A stretch of 64,000 bases of DNA from Amphiscolops sp. MND2022 (taxonomy: Eukaryota), in assembly GCA_964187785.1 (NCBI GenBank), contig OZ076410.1:71672001-71736000 (forward strand), in the 5' to 3' direction. This document shows, piece by piece, positions 37,301 through 49,660 of the stretch. The translations under genes were made by a program, and so were the position numbers. Every line of letters begins with the position of its first letter. Position 1 is the stretch's first letter. The notes beneath the pieces were generated by a model. The model was not told the DNA's origin. It saw only the letters and a list, made by a program, of their open reading frames with translations, and did not search any database.

Positions 37301-38700
37301 GCCCTGATCTCGTTTTCTCCTACAAAAAATAAAGGAAACAACTCAAAATACAAAAAAATCAATAAACATAATCAGGAAAGTCAATCTAAAATTTTACCAA
37401 AGAACTCTCTGCCCTGTCCTGAAGGACACAACACTCTAAAATCTTGAAAACCACGGGGAGAGACGGAACAACTTGTAAAAAAGTAATTTGGTCTGAAAAT
37501 ACAAAACAGAACTCAAAAAAGGACAGAAGATGAAAAAATTGTTTTTGAAAACTTTGTCCCTAAGAGAAGTTGAGTAATACTAATGCAAAATACATCACAT
37601 GTTTTTCGTAAACTGTTCACGTAACCTGACGGACGGGAGGCGAACAGCTCTCCGTCAGGATCAAACAAACTAGGACCAATCAAGGAGGTTTCTTCAAGAA
37701 CATCCTCAGGTTGAAGAGTGACAGTCTCGGAGGGAACAGTAGAGGTGGAAACGACATCGGGCGTTAACAAATTGCGGTCCCCACTAAGAGACGGTGAAGG
37801 CTCAGGGGACGAAGGAGATGGCGGATCGTATGCAGTGGAGACATCGACGAGGACGACGAGATCATCAGTCCCAGTTGCAGCACCAACAAGATCAGCGAGA
37901 CCATCAGTCGAGGTCGCAACATCAACTCCAGGAGCAACGAGGCCCTCAGTGGTAGTAGCGGCGTCTAAACTGATATGAACAACGGATCTGCCCATCGAGG
38001 CCGCTGCATCCAAGAATTGAGTAAATCAAGAAATGCTACACAAGCAGTTCGCGTTGGTAAAGGAGAACTGGTGGCTCCAAAACTCAAATTATTCAAGAAG
38101 GATGAACAGTCGAATGTAAACATCGGAATTACATCGGAGTGTTTGGACAATAGTGAAAAGAGAAACACATTCAAAAAATGATCTCACTGAATTGAAGAAC
38201 ACTTTCACGAAGGACTTCACGAAAGTACCGGTCGTACCATCTCGAGAGATATACTGCCCAGGGTGGTATGCCAAGAGAATTAATCTGAACAGAAAAAGAA
38301 AAACACTTACCAAAGTAACGACGAACAAAGTGAACTAATGAATGAGGTGCCACAACCAGAGTTGTCAGAGAGGACAACTCATCACTGACAGAAATGAATT
38401 CAACTGAAGTAAACAACAAAGAGGCTTTACTCCACTCCTACCCGAAACGTGTTGAGTAAAAAGAAAAATGAATGGTAGCACTCTTCTTCTGGGCTTTCAG
38501 TCGCGGATAAACTCGGCACGGAATAAAATTGGTCGCGCAAGGGAAAATCGTCGCGGGAAAGAGACTGACTCCGGACTAATAGTTCATAAAGTATTGCTGC
38601 TGACAAACAGTTGTTATAGTTAAATTCAGCCCTCTGCCAAAGAGAATGTTCCATAGTTGCTATGGTGACCGACCATCGAAAATTCATCGTTCGCAAGACG
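34355..38700 (-). pseudogene. Spliced antisense gene downstream of Gypsy-2 pol; hAT-transposase-like (zinc finger, RNase H-like core) with an S/T/P-rich N-terminal exon; decayed
   Basis: Candidate GT-AG introns 37320-37625, 36544-36760 and 35410-35468, with pyrimidine-rich acceptors; motifs CLLC..SHG...KQH and HTLLSLG; several stops and frameshifts. The 5' limit is uncertain. Confidence 0.55.
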
Positions 38701-39190
38701 GACTCAAGACGCTGTTTACAGTGCTAAATCAACAACACAGGACAATGGTACTGCTAATTGCTGACTTTGGCAAGAGAACGCATTTTTTCAGGAACAATTT
38801 GTGCAGCCCACGCAAAGAAGACATCAAATACTCATCCCTTGAAGCATCACAGCCATAAAAATGCAGGTCAGCGGACATTCATTAAAGCCAAGAACTAGGC
38901 GAAAATATCCGAAATAACCAAGGATTTGCCAGAAGATAACCAACAGAAGCAGTCTCCTTCTCAGGGTAGATTACAAGGGACAGAACTAACGAAGGAAAAT
39001 ATCTCCCCAGACTACCGAATAAAAATGTCGACGCCCACGCCGAGACAACGATCCTCTGCACATCTGGCCTCTGCACTCTTATTCCAAAGCCTTCCCCGGA
39101 AGGGTCATGCCACCATGATGGAAATATAGCCTACTAAGTATCTGTAAAGAAAACACTGTTTCATTTTCTGATTTATGGACAATATGGAGT

Positions 39191-40750
39191 CATTTAATAA
39201 GAGCTATGGTTGTGCGCAACGCTACGTTTTTGTACCTAATCACAATTTTCCATCTTGAGTTTGAGTTATTCATTTGATGATTATTGAGCTCCCTAGTTCC
39301 GGTGTCCGAATATATTGTCATGCTGTTTAGCGAAAGAGCTATCTCGAACTTATGGTTTGTCACAGTAAGGAAAAGAGTGGCTTTGAGCCAGACTGGGCTT
39401 ACAGATGGACACGAGATGGAGTGTGTTAATTAGTTAGTAAGCTCACACCTCAGAGCTAACTACAGTGGCAATTCATTGCAAATCCATCGTTGCTAATCTA
39501 TTTCACTTCGAAACTGAAAACGTGAACGAAGGTTCAGCTGTTTTTCATCGCTACTCCAGGACTGCGAAGCGTTTGTAATAGATTGACAACTTTTATGTGA
39601 AAGTTCATCATGAATTCATCATCGAATTCAACTGCTTAAGTAGTAATTTTTATACAAGTATAAACTCATCACAAATCCATCTGCGGCTTTGAATTGTTCA
39701 GCAGCTCATTTAATAAGAGCAATGGTTGTGCGCACGGCTAGGTTTTTGTACCCAATCACAATTTTCCATCTTGAGTTTGAGTTATTCATTTGATGATTAT
39801 TGAGCTTCCTAGTTCCGGTGTCCGCATATATTGTCATGCTGTTTAGCGAAAGAGCTATCTCGACTTTATGGTTTGTCACAGTAAGGAAAAGAGTGGCTTT
39901 GAGCCAGACTGTGCTTACAGTTGGACACGAGATGGAGTGTGTTAATTAGTTAGTAAGCTCACACCTCAGAGCTAACTACAGTGGCAATTCATTGCAAAGC
40001 CATCGTTGCTAATCTATTTCACTTAGAAACTGAAAACGTGAACGAAAGTTCAGCTGTTTGTCAGGTGCGTGGAATCAGGTCTAATGAAATAGATCTAAGA
40101 GAGGGGGCAAAACTGAGATCTAAATAAATTGATCTAAATAATCAGGTCTAAAAATCTCTTCTAATTTGATCTAATTTGAGAAAAACAATAAGTCAATGAG
40201 GATCTAAAACTAAAAAGTGATATAAAGTATAAAACGTACCTCGGATATGTCCCCATTTCCTCTAGTGCCCCGCGGCCCCTTGGGGCCGCCTATATTCCCA
40301 TCTTGCTAAGCGAGGTCGAACAGGAGCAAAGACCTAGCGGGAACGGAGTTCGCGAAGCGATCGTAGTGGGAGCTGGTCTTTGCGACGGTGAGGGCGAGCG
40401 TGCATACATCGCACATGCCCCTCATTATATTTTTGCTCTCAGAACACATATTAGGTCATAAAGGGGTTAGACTAAGTATTATAGCCAAAATTAGATCGGA
40501 AAGTTAGACCTAAAGTTAGACCTAAATTAGATCTGAAAGTTAGATCTAATTCCATTAGACCTAATGAATTAGATCAAAGGCGTACACTCCCTGTTTTTCA
40601 TCGCTACTCCAGGACTGCGAAGCGTTTGTGTTAGATTGACAACTTTTATGTGAAAGTTCATCCTGAATTCATCATCGAATTCAACTGCTTAAGTAATAAT
40701 TTTTATACAAGTATAAACTCATCACAAATCCATCAGCGGCTTTGAATTGT
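39191..40750. repeat. 516-bp tandem duplication; the second unit carries a 527-bp insertion
   Basis: Units start CATTTAATAAGAGC at 39191 and 39707; unit 2 resumes at 40591. Confidence 0.9.
40064..40590. mobile_element. Second copy of the AGATCT-rich Mutator-like element
   Basis: Colinear with 3122-3622; near-TSD CTGTTTGTCA / CTGTTTTTCA; empty site in tandem unit 1. Confidence 0.88.
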
Positions 40751-41234
40751 TCATTTTGCATGCGAATTTCATCGTAATTTCATCAGTGGTTTGAATTTTC
40801 CTGTTTGTTTGGTAAAATTGATCACAAGTTCATCGGAACTTTTGTTTAAAATGTTTACTTCCTCAAAAAGAAGAACCTCCCTAAATTTCTCAGTTTCTCG
40901 TCTAAACGTACCAATAACGTACCACCGTACCTAAATACGCAATGAAAAGAAAAAAAAATGTCCATCTTAAATTCATCCATAAAGAGTGATTGTCCTGGTT
41001 TAGTAGATATGATATGAAAGGTATTCGTTCATTCATCGGTGATCCAGGTTTGCGCTAGATTTAGTGGGTATAGCCAAAAATTCTTTGGTTGTAAATTAGG
41101 CTTCCAAACTTGTGCTGAAGATTGCCTAATTTACTCGAATTTCATCACCTTTTCATCAGTTTGTGTAATTAGTGTGGAGATAATCAAATGAAGGCAGTAT
41201 TAGTGTAAAAGTTCATTATTTTTACATCACCATG

Positions 41235-42094
41235 TTTATAATTACGCTCTGCAGGCAATTACCAATGTGTAAATTCCTGATTCCCACTCAATTGGCGCAA
41301 TATGTAAATTTGGCTTATGGGACGGCAATCCAGCGGCAATTTGCACAACTGGTAGTCACGTGACTTACCAACTTAGCATCTACCAGAGTGACCAATGGAA
41401 GAACCGGAAGGTGAGAATTGAGTCTTACCATGCGCGTAGCACACGTGAATTGCAAGAAGTTGAGCTGCAACAGAAATTAGTCAGTAAGGACTGGTGACGA
41501 GGTACAGTGAAGTTGATACCTTATGGCAATAAACTGATCTAAGTTCCATCTACATTTCTAACGCAAATTGAAACTAATACCTACTGAGAACTAATTCTAT
41601 CTGCCTCGATAACTATCTACCTTGATAATTCGTGGTTGTAAAACCAATGTACCAGCGCAATAATTCGTTATTTCATCACATTTACATCGTAAACCTGAAA
41701 TGTTCGTTGAATAACTTGAAATTACTATATCCAGTTCAGATTTCTTTATTATCCAGTCTTCACTCAAACCCTTCTTTTTGTCATTGTGTGAGTATTAAAC
41801 AAGGCACAAAGCTCAGAAACGGTAAAATCCTTGAGAGTAATATTGAAAATCATCTGACAAGTTCTTCCACAGTGACTGAAGTTGATTCTGCCTAGATTGA
41901 ATCCATAGAAAGTAACGACGTTTCTTCTCAATTAGCTGAAATCAGAGAGAGTTACGAAAGGAAGATTATTGATCCTCAAACAGAATTTGGCCAACTGAAG
42001 GACCTAATGATGGCTGTACTAGAAACTTCCAGCAATAGCAGACAAGATGAGAACACTCAGGGCGCTTCAAAAGAGCTTAAACACGGGTTTGATA
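41235..42094 (+). mobile_element. Probable truncated LTR retrotransposon 5' end (LTR remnant, PBS-like TGGTGAC, gag-like start)
   Basis: TGGTGACGAGG at ~41492 followed by TKLRNGKIL...SQLAEIRESYERKI...FGQLKDLMMAVL; no partner LTR in the window. Confidence 0.4.
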
Positions 42095-42943
42095 GTCCCC
42101 AATTCAAATTTTCTAATCTTTTGCAACCTAATGGATGTTCAAAAAACCCCAAAGCCCCCTTTTTTCAATATTTTTGACCTCGTGAATGTTTTTTCAATTT
42201 CTGTCTCGAATAGTTTCCCAGTTTTCCCAGCACGCTATAACCGAATTTTGTTTTTCAAGACCGGAGTTTTTTCCATGCGACTTTTTTCCAATTTGTTTTT
42301 ATCGAAACCCCCATTTCAACTTTCACTAGAAACGAAACGTTTTGCGAGCGTAGGGAATCCTTAGGGTTTTTGGCATTATGCGACTTACCGGAGATTTCAA
42401 AAAAATCAAAGAAAATTGGGAATTTTTTCCCTCAATTTTCAGTTTAATGAGAGGTTTTGTTGTCTCCAGTTGGGAAAAAAGTGGTTTTCGAGTCTTATGC
42501 GTATACCTTGAGGTATGTTTTGAGGCTGTAAAACTGATGAACTTTTAACAAAAGAGTGCTTTGTCATCTGTGAAAACTTTTTTTCAACCTTGAGCGGGGC
42601 CCGACTTGTACCGTTCTGACTAGAAACATGCTGAGTTAGACTTTCCGTCGATCGCAACAGTTTAAAACCTCACTGCTGTCTGAGCGTTTCTGTTCTATCA
42701 AAAAGATCTCTTAACATTTTGATCAATCAATTTTGGCGACAAAAAAATATATCAGTGATGTGGTCTGAAAGCTAAGTCAAGAAAAATACTCTTCAAATTT
42801 TTTTTGTGCTACTTGTTGATCTACAGTCGCGCTCAGATTTTCTAAGTTTCTTCACAAAAACCATCACTTATTAATACAACAGATAAACAAAAAGGATCTA
42901 GACGTAAAAGTAATCAGTGCTTGAACTCTAGGGTTTGATCAGT

Positions 42944-45900
42944 TGTTCAATTTCATTTTCTAATTAACTACCTGTCATATAGATCAAATTGTTATCAGTT
43001 GCGTTCTCAAAGATGACTCACAACATTGACTCAGCATAAACTAAACTATTTTATCTTCACTTCCTGACTTGCCATGCTGGTTTTCATAACTTTTGTTCAA
43101 ACTGTTGATCATACTGGTGACTCAGTAAATGAAATAAAAGACGTTTCTTATATGTTTTGGCGCTCTTTCAACTTGACTTTCAAAACCAACCTTTTCGATG
43201 AAATTCTGATGCAACCTCAAAAGAAATTATTCTTTGGGTTGCTTTTCCGAGCTCTCGCTGGAGAACATGATTAGTCCATTCCAAGTGTTTGTGGTTCCCA
43301 GCGCCCACAATTCATCTCCTCTACAAAGATTCTGCTTCCCACACCAAACATCGGGTTTTTTTGGACTTTTTTCTCGCTTACCTCAAGCAGCAAAAATGAT
43401 TTTCGCTTCAATCAAGCGAAAAAGAATAGTTCCTCAACAAACAGAAAAGAACTTTTTTCGAACGACAACCGAATTGGCAATCCTTTAAGCTACTCTCCAG
43501 TGTGTACCCCAACCTTCAAAGTCTCCATACACGAAAACGTTTTAAGGCTTTACTTAGTTTCATTGAGTAGAGAGTAGAGAGTGTTCTTTGAAAAGATTTT
43601 TCTTAACCAATCAGGGTGATACAAAAGTAAAACCTCCTTTATTATCCTTCTGTGATTAGAGAAAGAAAAGTAGCCATTTAAAAATTCTCGGAACTCACAC
43701 CTGAGTCTTTTTGTCGATTTTTCCTCAACATTCCATTTCAAGCCTTTTTTCAAAGTAGCGTCCAGTCCCGTCCAGTTTCTTCAACTACCGTCCAGCAAAG
43801 GCAAGTAACAGATCGTTCGTTTCGTAGGGTGCCCGTGCAGACCCAAACCGTTGCTCGTCCGTAAGTACGACCCGGAACAGGAAAAAACTTTTATTTTGCT
43901 GTCCTTAAGTTGTTTTGTTTACCAGTTCGCAGCTGTTCTCTTTCCGTAAGCTGTCTGACTTCTACTGCGTTCAACGATGGCGAACGCAAAGATCGACACT
44001 CTCAATTTTCACTTTCGACTGCACGAGTGAAATTTTGAGAATACTTCGAACTATCTTGCATCGAAGTTGACCTCGGACAACAACCTCCAGCGCCTGCTTG
44101 AAATTCTTGCGCAGTTTAAAACTATCGCCGCCAAACTAGAAGAAATCTGCGAACAGATGTCTGCCTTCATGACCTCGATGATTTGGAGCCATTTCTGCAG
44201 AAGTCAGTCGACGTCTCTTTACTTCTTTTACACTATGCTTACAAAATTGATAATCTAACCCAGAGCGGCCCCAATCGCATTCATCAACCTTTGCTACCTT
44301 CGAGCGCCGATGCGAAGATTCACTTTCAGCACCCACCATTCCAGCCTCACAACAGCAGCAGGATTTTGCAACTGCACCCAGCAACAGAACACCCCTGCCG
44401 CACACGACACCCCTGCCGCAGTTTCTCATCAACTCCGCACAACCTGCAACTCGCGCTCCATCACAACCACAATCTACCAGACATATCATGGACAAGACGG
44501 GTACCGAGTTGTCCCGCCTCTTAGGAAGTTTGGATAACTCTCATGTTTCTGCAACTGATCATCAGGACCCTTCCTACACCGAAGACATACAAAGAAACAC
44601 CGAGTTCGATCCGGAACAACAGGACTTCGTCTCTGAAGCCATTCCGTCACAGATCTGTGAACCGCATTTGGACAATTCAGTTGTCACTCTCCCTCTTCAA
44701 CACCAACCATTGAGTATTGCCTGTCATTTGCCACACCCGTCACCCTCATCAATTTCAACCAGCCAATTAGTCTACACCACCAACTATCAGCTACCAACTT
44801 TCGACACTGTTTTGACAAACAGCGTCCATCCATCATATCAGGTGGTCAATCCCCATTTTCCGTTACCCCATATGCAACGCGCCAATCTTCAACATCTTCC
44901 ACCTTCATCAGTTCCGCCTCCAGCTGATACGCTAACACAATTTTGTCCGTCGTCCAATCACCAGACTTTTCTGCCTGTATCGCAACCCATTGCCGCTCAC
45001 CCTGACATTTGCTTTGCCACCAACATCAAATGGATAACACGGACCTTTCCTAACCCAGCCCTTGAGTGTCCGCCAATGATACATCCTTGTTGTAACCTTG
45101 TTCTTCAGGATCAACCTCATTTTATCAACCAGCCGATTCAGCAGTCAGTTACCTCCGCCACTACCGCTGTTCAGTTTCATATTTTAATCAACTACCTGTC
45201 CTATCGATCAAATTGTTTTCAGTTGCGTTGTCAATGATGACTCACAACATTGACTCAGCATAAACTCAAACTATTTTATCTTCACTTCCTGACTTGCCAT
45301 GCTGGTTTTCATAACTTTTGTTCAAACTGTTGATCATACTGGTGACTCAGTAAATGAAATAAAAGACGTTTCTTATATGTTTTGGCGCTCTTTCAAATTG
45401 ACTTTCAAAACCAACCTTTTCGATGAAATTCTGATGCAACCTCAAAAGAAATTATTCTTTGGGTTGCTTTTCTGAGCTCTCGCTGGAGAACATGATTAGT
45501 CCATTCCAAGTGTTTGTGGTTCCCAGCGCCCACAATTCATCTCCTCTACAAAGATTCTGCTTCCCACACCAAACATAGGGTTTTTTTGGACTTTTTTCTC
45601 GCTTACCTCAAGCAGCAAAAATGATTTTCGCTTCAATCAAGCGAAAAAGAATAGTTCCTCAACAAACAGAAAAGAACTTTTTTCGAACGACAACCGAATT
45701 GGCAATCCTTTAAGCTACTCTCCAGTGTGTACCCCAACCTTCAAAGTCTCCATACACGAAAACGTTTTAAGCCTTTACTTAGTTTCATTGAGTAGAGAGT
45801 AGAGAGTGTTCTTTGAAAAGATTTTTCTTAACCAATCAGGGTGATACAAAAGTAAAACGTCCTTTATTATCCTTCTGTGATTAGAGAAAGAAAAGTAGCC

Positions 45901-48900
45901 ATTTAAAAATTCTCAGAACTCACACCTGAGTCTTTTTGTTGATTTTTCCTCAACATTCCATTTCAAGCCTTTTTTCAAAGTAGCGTCCAGTCCCGTCCAG
46001 TTTCTTCAACTACCGTCCAGCAAAGGCAAGTAACAGATCGTTCGTTTCGTAGGGTGCCTGTGCAGACCCAAACCGTCGCTCGTCCGTAAGTACGACGAGG
46101 AACAGGAAAAAACTTTTATTTTGCTGTCCTTAAGTTGTTTTTTTTTACCAGTTCGCAGCTGTTCTCTTTCCGTAAGCTGTCTGACTTCTACTGCGTTCAA
46201 CGATGGCGAACGCAAAGATCGACACTCTCAATTTTCACTTTCGACTGCACGAGTGAAATTTTGAGAATACTTCGAACTATCTTGCATCGAAGTTGACCTC
46301 GGACATCAACCTCCAGTGCTTGCTTGAAATTCTTGCGCAGTTCAAAACTATCGCCGCCAAACTAGAAGAAATCTGCGAACAGATGTCTGCCTTCATGACC
46401 TCGATGATTTGGAGCCATTTCTGCAGAAGTCAGTCGACGTCTCTTTACTTCTTTTACACTATGCTTACAAAATTGATAATCTAACCCAGAGCGGCCCCAA
46501 TCGCATTCATCAACCTTTGCTACCTTCGAGCGCCGATGCGAAGATTCACTTTCAGCACCCACCATTCCAGCCTCACAACAGCAGCAGGATTTTGCAACTG
46601 CAACCAGCAACAGAACACCCCTGCCGCACACGACACCCCTGCCGCAGTTTCTCATCAACTCCGCACAACCTGCAACTCGCGCTCCATCACAACCACAATC
46701 TACCAGACATATCATGGACAAGACGGGTACCGAGTTGTCCCGCCTCTTAGGAAGTTTGGATAACTCTCATGTTTCTGCAACTGATCATCAGGACCCTTCC
46801 TACACCGAAGACATACAAAGAAACACCGAGTTCGATCCGGAACAACAGGACTTCGTCTCTGAAGCCATTCCGTCACAGATCTGTGAACCGCATTTGGACA
46901 ATTCAGTTGTCACTCTCCCTCTTCAACACCAACCATTGAGTATTGCCTGTCATTTGCCACACCCGTCACCCTCAACAACTTCAACCAGCCAAATAGTGTA
47001 CACCACCAACTATCATCTACCAACTTTCGACACTGTTTTGACAAACAGCGTCCATCCATCATATCAGGTGGTCAATCCCCATTTTCCGTTACCCCATATG
47101 CAAAGCGCCAATCTTCAACATCTTCCACCTTCATCAGTTCCGCCTCCAGCTGATACGCTAACACAATTTTGTCCGTCATCCAATCACCAGACTTTTCTGC
47201 CTGTATCGCAACCCATTGCCGCTCACCCTGACATTTGCTTTGCCACCAACATCAAATGGATAACACGGACCTTTCCTAACCCAGCCCTTGAGTGTCCGCC
47301 AATGATACATCCTTGTTGTAACCTTGTTCTTCAGGATCAACCTCATTTTATCAACCAGCCGATTCAGCGGTCAGTTACCTCCGCCACTACCGCTGTTCAG
47401 TTTCATATTTTAATTAACTACCTGTAATATCGATCAAACTGTTTTCAGTTGCGTTGTCAATGATGACTCACAACATTGACTCAGCATAAACTCAAACTAT
47501 TTTATCTTCACTTCCTGACTTGTCATGCTGGTTTTCATAACTTTGTTCAAACTGTTGATCATACGGGTGACTCAGTAAATGAAATAAAAGACGTTTCTTA
47601 TATGTTTTGGCGCTCTTTCAACTTGACTTTCAAAACCAACCTTTTCGATGAAATTCTGATGCAACCTTAGAAGAAATTATTCTTTGGGTTTCTTTTCCGA
47701 GCTCTCGCTGGAGAACATGATTAGTCCATTCCAATTGTTTGTGGTTCCCAGCGCCCACAATTTATCTCCTCTACAAAGATTCTGCTTCCCACTCCAAACA
47801 TCGGTTTTTTTTGGACTTTTTTCTCGCTTACCTTAAGCAGCAAAAATGATTTTCGCTTCAATCAAGCGAAAAAGAATAATTCCTCAACAAACAGAAAAGA
47901 ACTTTTTTCGAACGACAACCGAATTGGCAATCCTTTAAGCTACTCTCCAGTGTGTACCCCAACCTTCAAAGTCTCCATACACGAAAATGTTTTAAGCCTT
48001 TACTTAGTTTCATTGAGTAGAGAGTAGGGAGCGTTCTTTGAAAAGATTTTTTTAACCAATCAGGGTGATACAAAAGTAAAACGTCCTTTATTATCCTTCT
48101 GTGATTAGAGAAAGAAAAGTAGCCATTTAAAAATTCTCGGAACTCACACCTGAGTCTTTTTGTCGATTTTTCCTCAACATTCCATTTCAAGCCTTTTTTC
48201 AAAGTAGCGTCCAGTCCCGTCCAGTTTCTTCAACTACCGTCCAGCAAAGGCAAGTAACAGATCGTTCGTTTCGTAGGGTGCCCGTGCAGACCCAAACCGT
48301 CGCTCGTCCGTAAGTACGACCCGGAACAGGAAAAAACTTTTATTTTGCTGTCCTTAAGTTGTTTTGTTTACCAGTTCGCAGCTGTTCTCTTTCCGTAAGC
48401 TGTCTGTCTTCTACTGCGTTCAACGATGGCGAACGCAAAGATCGACACTCTCAATTTTCACTTTCGACTGCACGAGTGAAATTTTGAGAATACTTCGAAC
48501 TATCTTGCATCGAAGTTGACCTCGGACAACAACCTCCAGCGCCTGCTTGAAATTCTTGCGCAGTTTAAAACTATCGCCGCCAAACTAGAAGAAATCTGCG
48601 AACAGATGTCTGCCTTCATGACCCCGATGATTTGGAGCCATTTCTGCAGAAGTCAGTCGACGTCTCTTTAATTCTTTTACACTATGCTTACAAAATTGAT
48701 AATCTAACCCAGAGCGGCCCCAATCGCTCTTCATCAACCTTTGCTACCTTCGAGCGCCGATGCGAAGATTCACTTTCAGCACCCACCATTCCAGCCTCAC
48801 AACAGCAGCAGGATTTTGCAACTGCACCCAGCAACAGAACACCCCTGCCGCAGTTTCTCATCAACTCCGCACAACCTGCAACTCGCGCTCCATCACAACC

Positions 48901-49660
48901 ACAATCTACCAGACATATCATGGACAAGACGGGTACCGAGTTGTCCCGCCTCTTAAGAAGTTTGGATAACTCTCATGTTTCTGCAACTGATCATCAGGAC
49001 CCTTCCTACACCGAAGACATACAAAGAAACACCGAGTTCGATCCGGAACAACAGGACTTCGTCTCTGAAGCCATTCCGTCACAGATCTGTGAACCGCATT
49101 TGGACAATTCAGTTGTCACTCTCCCTCTTCAACACCAACCATTGAGTATTGCCTGTCATTTGCCACACCCGTCACCCTCAACAACTTCAACCAGCCAAAT
49201 AGTGTACACCACCAACTATCATCTACCAACTTTCGACACTGTTTTGACAAACAGCGTCCATCCATCATATCAGGTGGTCAATCCCCATTTTCCGTTACCC
49301 CATATGCAACGCGCCAATCTTCAACATCTTCCACCTTCATCAGTTCCGCCTCCAGCTGATACGCTAACACAATTTTGTCCGTCGTCCAATCACCAGACTT
49401 TTCTGCCTGTATCGCAACCCATTGCCGCTCACCCTGACATTTGCTTTGCCACCAACATCAAATGGATAACACGGATCTTTCCTACCCCAGCCCTTGAGTG
49501 TCCGCCAATGATACATCCTTGTTGTAACCTTGTTCTTCAGGATCAACCTCATTTTATCAACCAGCCGATTCAGCAGTCAGTTACCTCCGCCACTACCGCT
49601 GTTCAGTTTCAAATTTTAATTAACTACCTGTCCTACCGATCAAATTGTTTTCAGTTGCGT
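42944..49660 (+). repeat. Three tandem ~2.2-kb units (LTR, PBS, leader, 5' gag, 60-bp host flank)
   Basis: LTR-to-LTR periods 2224, 2226 and 2206 bp; near-identical ORFs in the ORF track. Confidence 0.95.
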
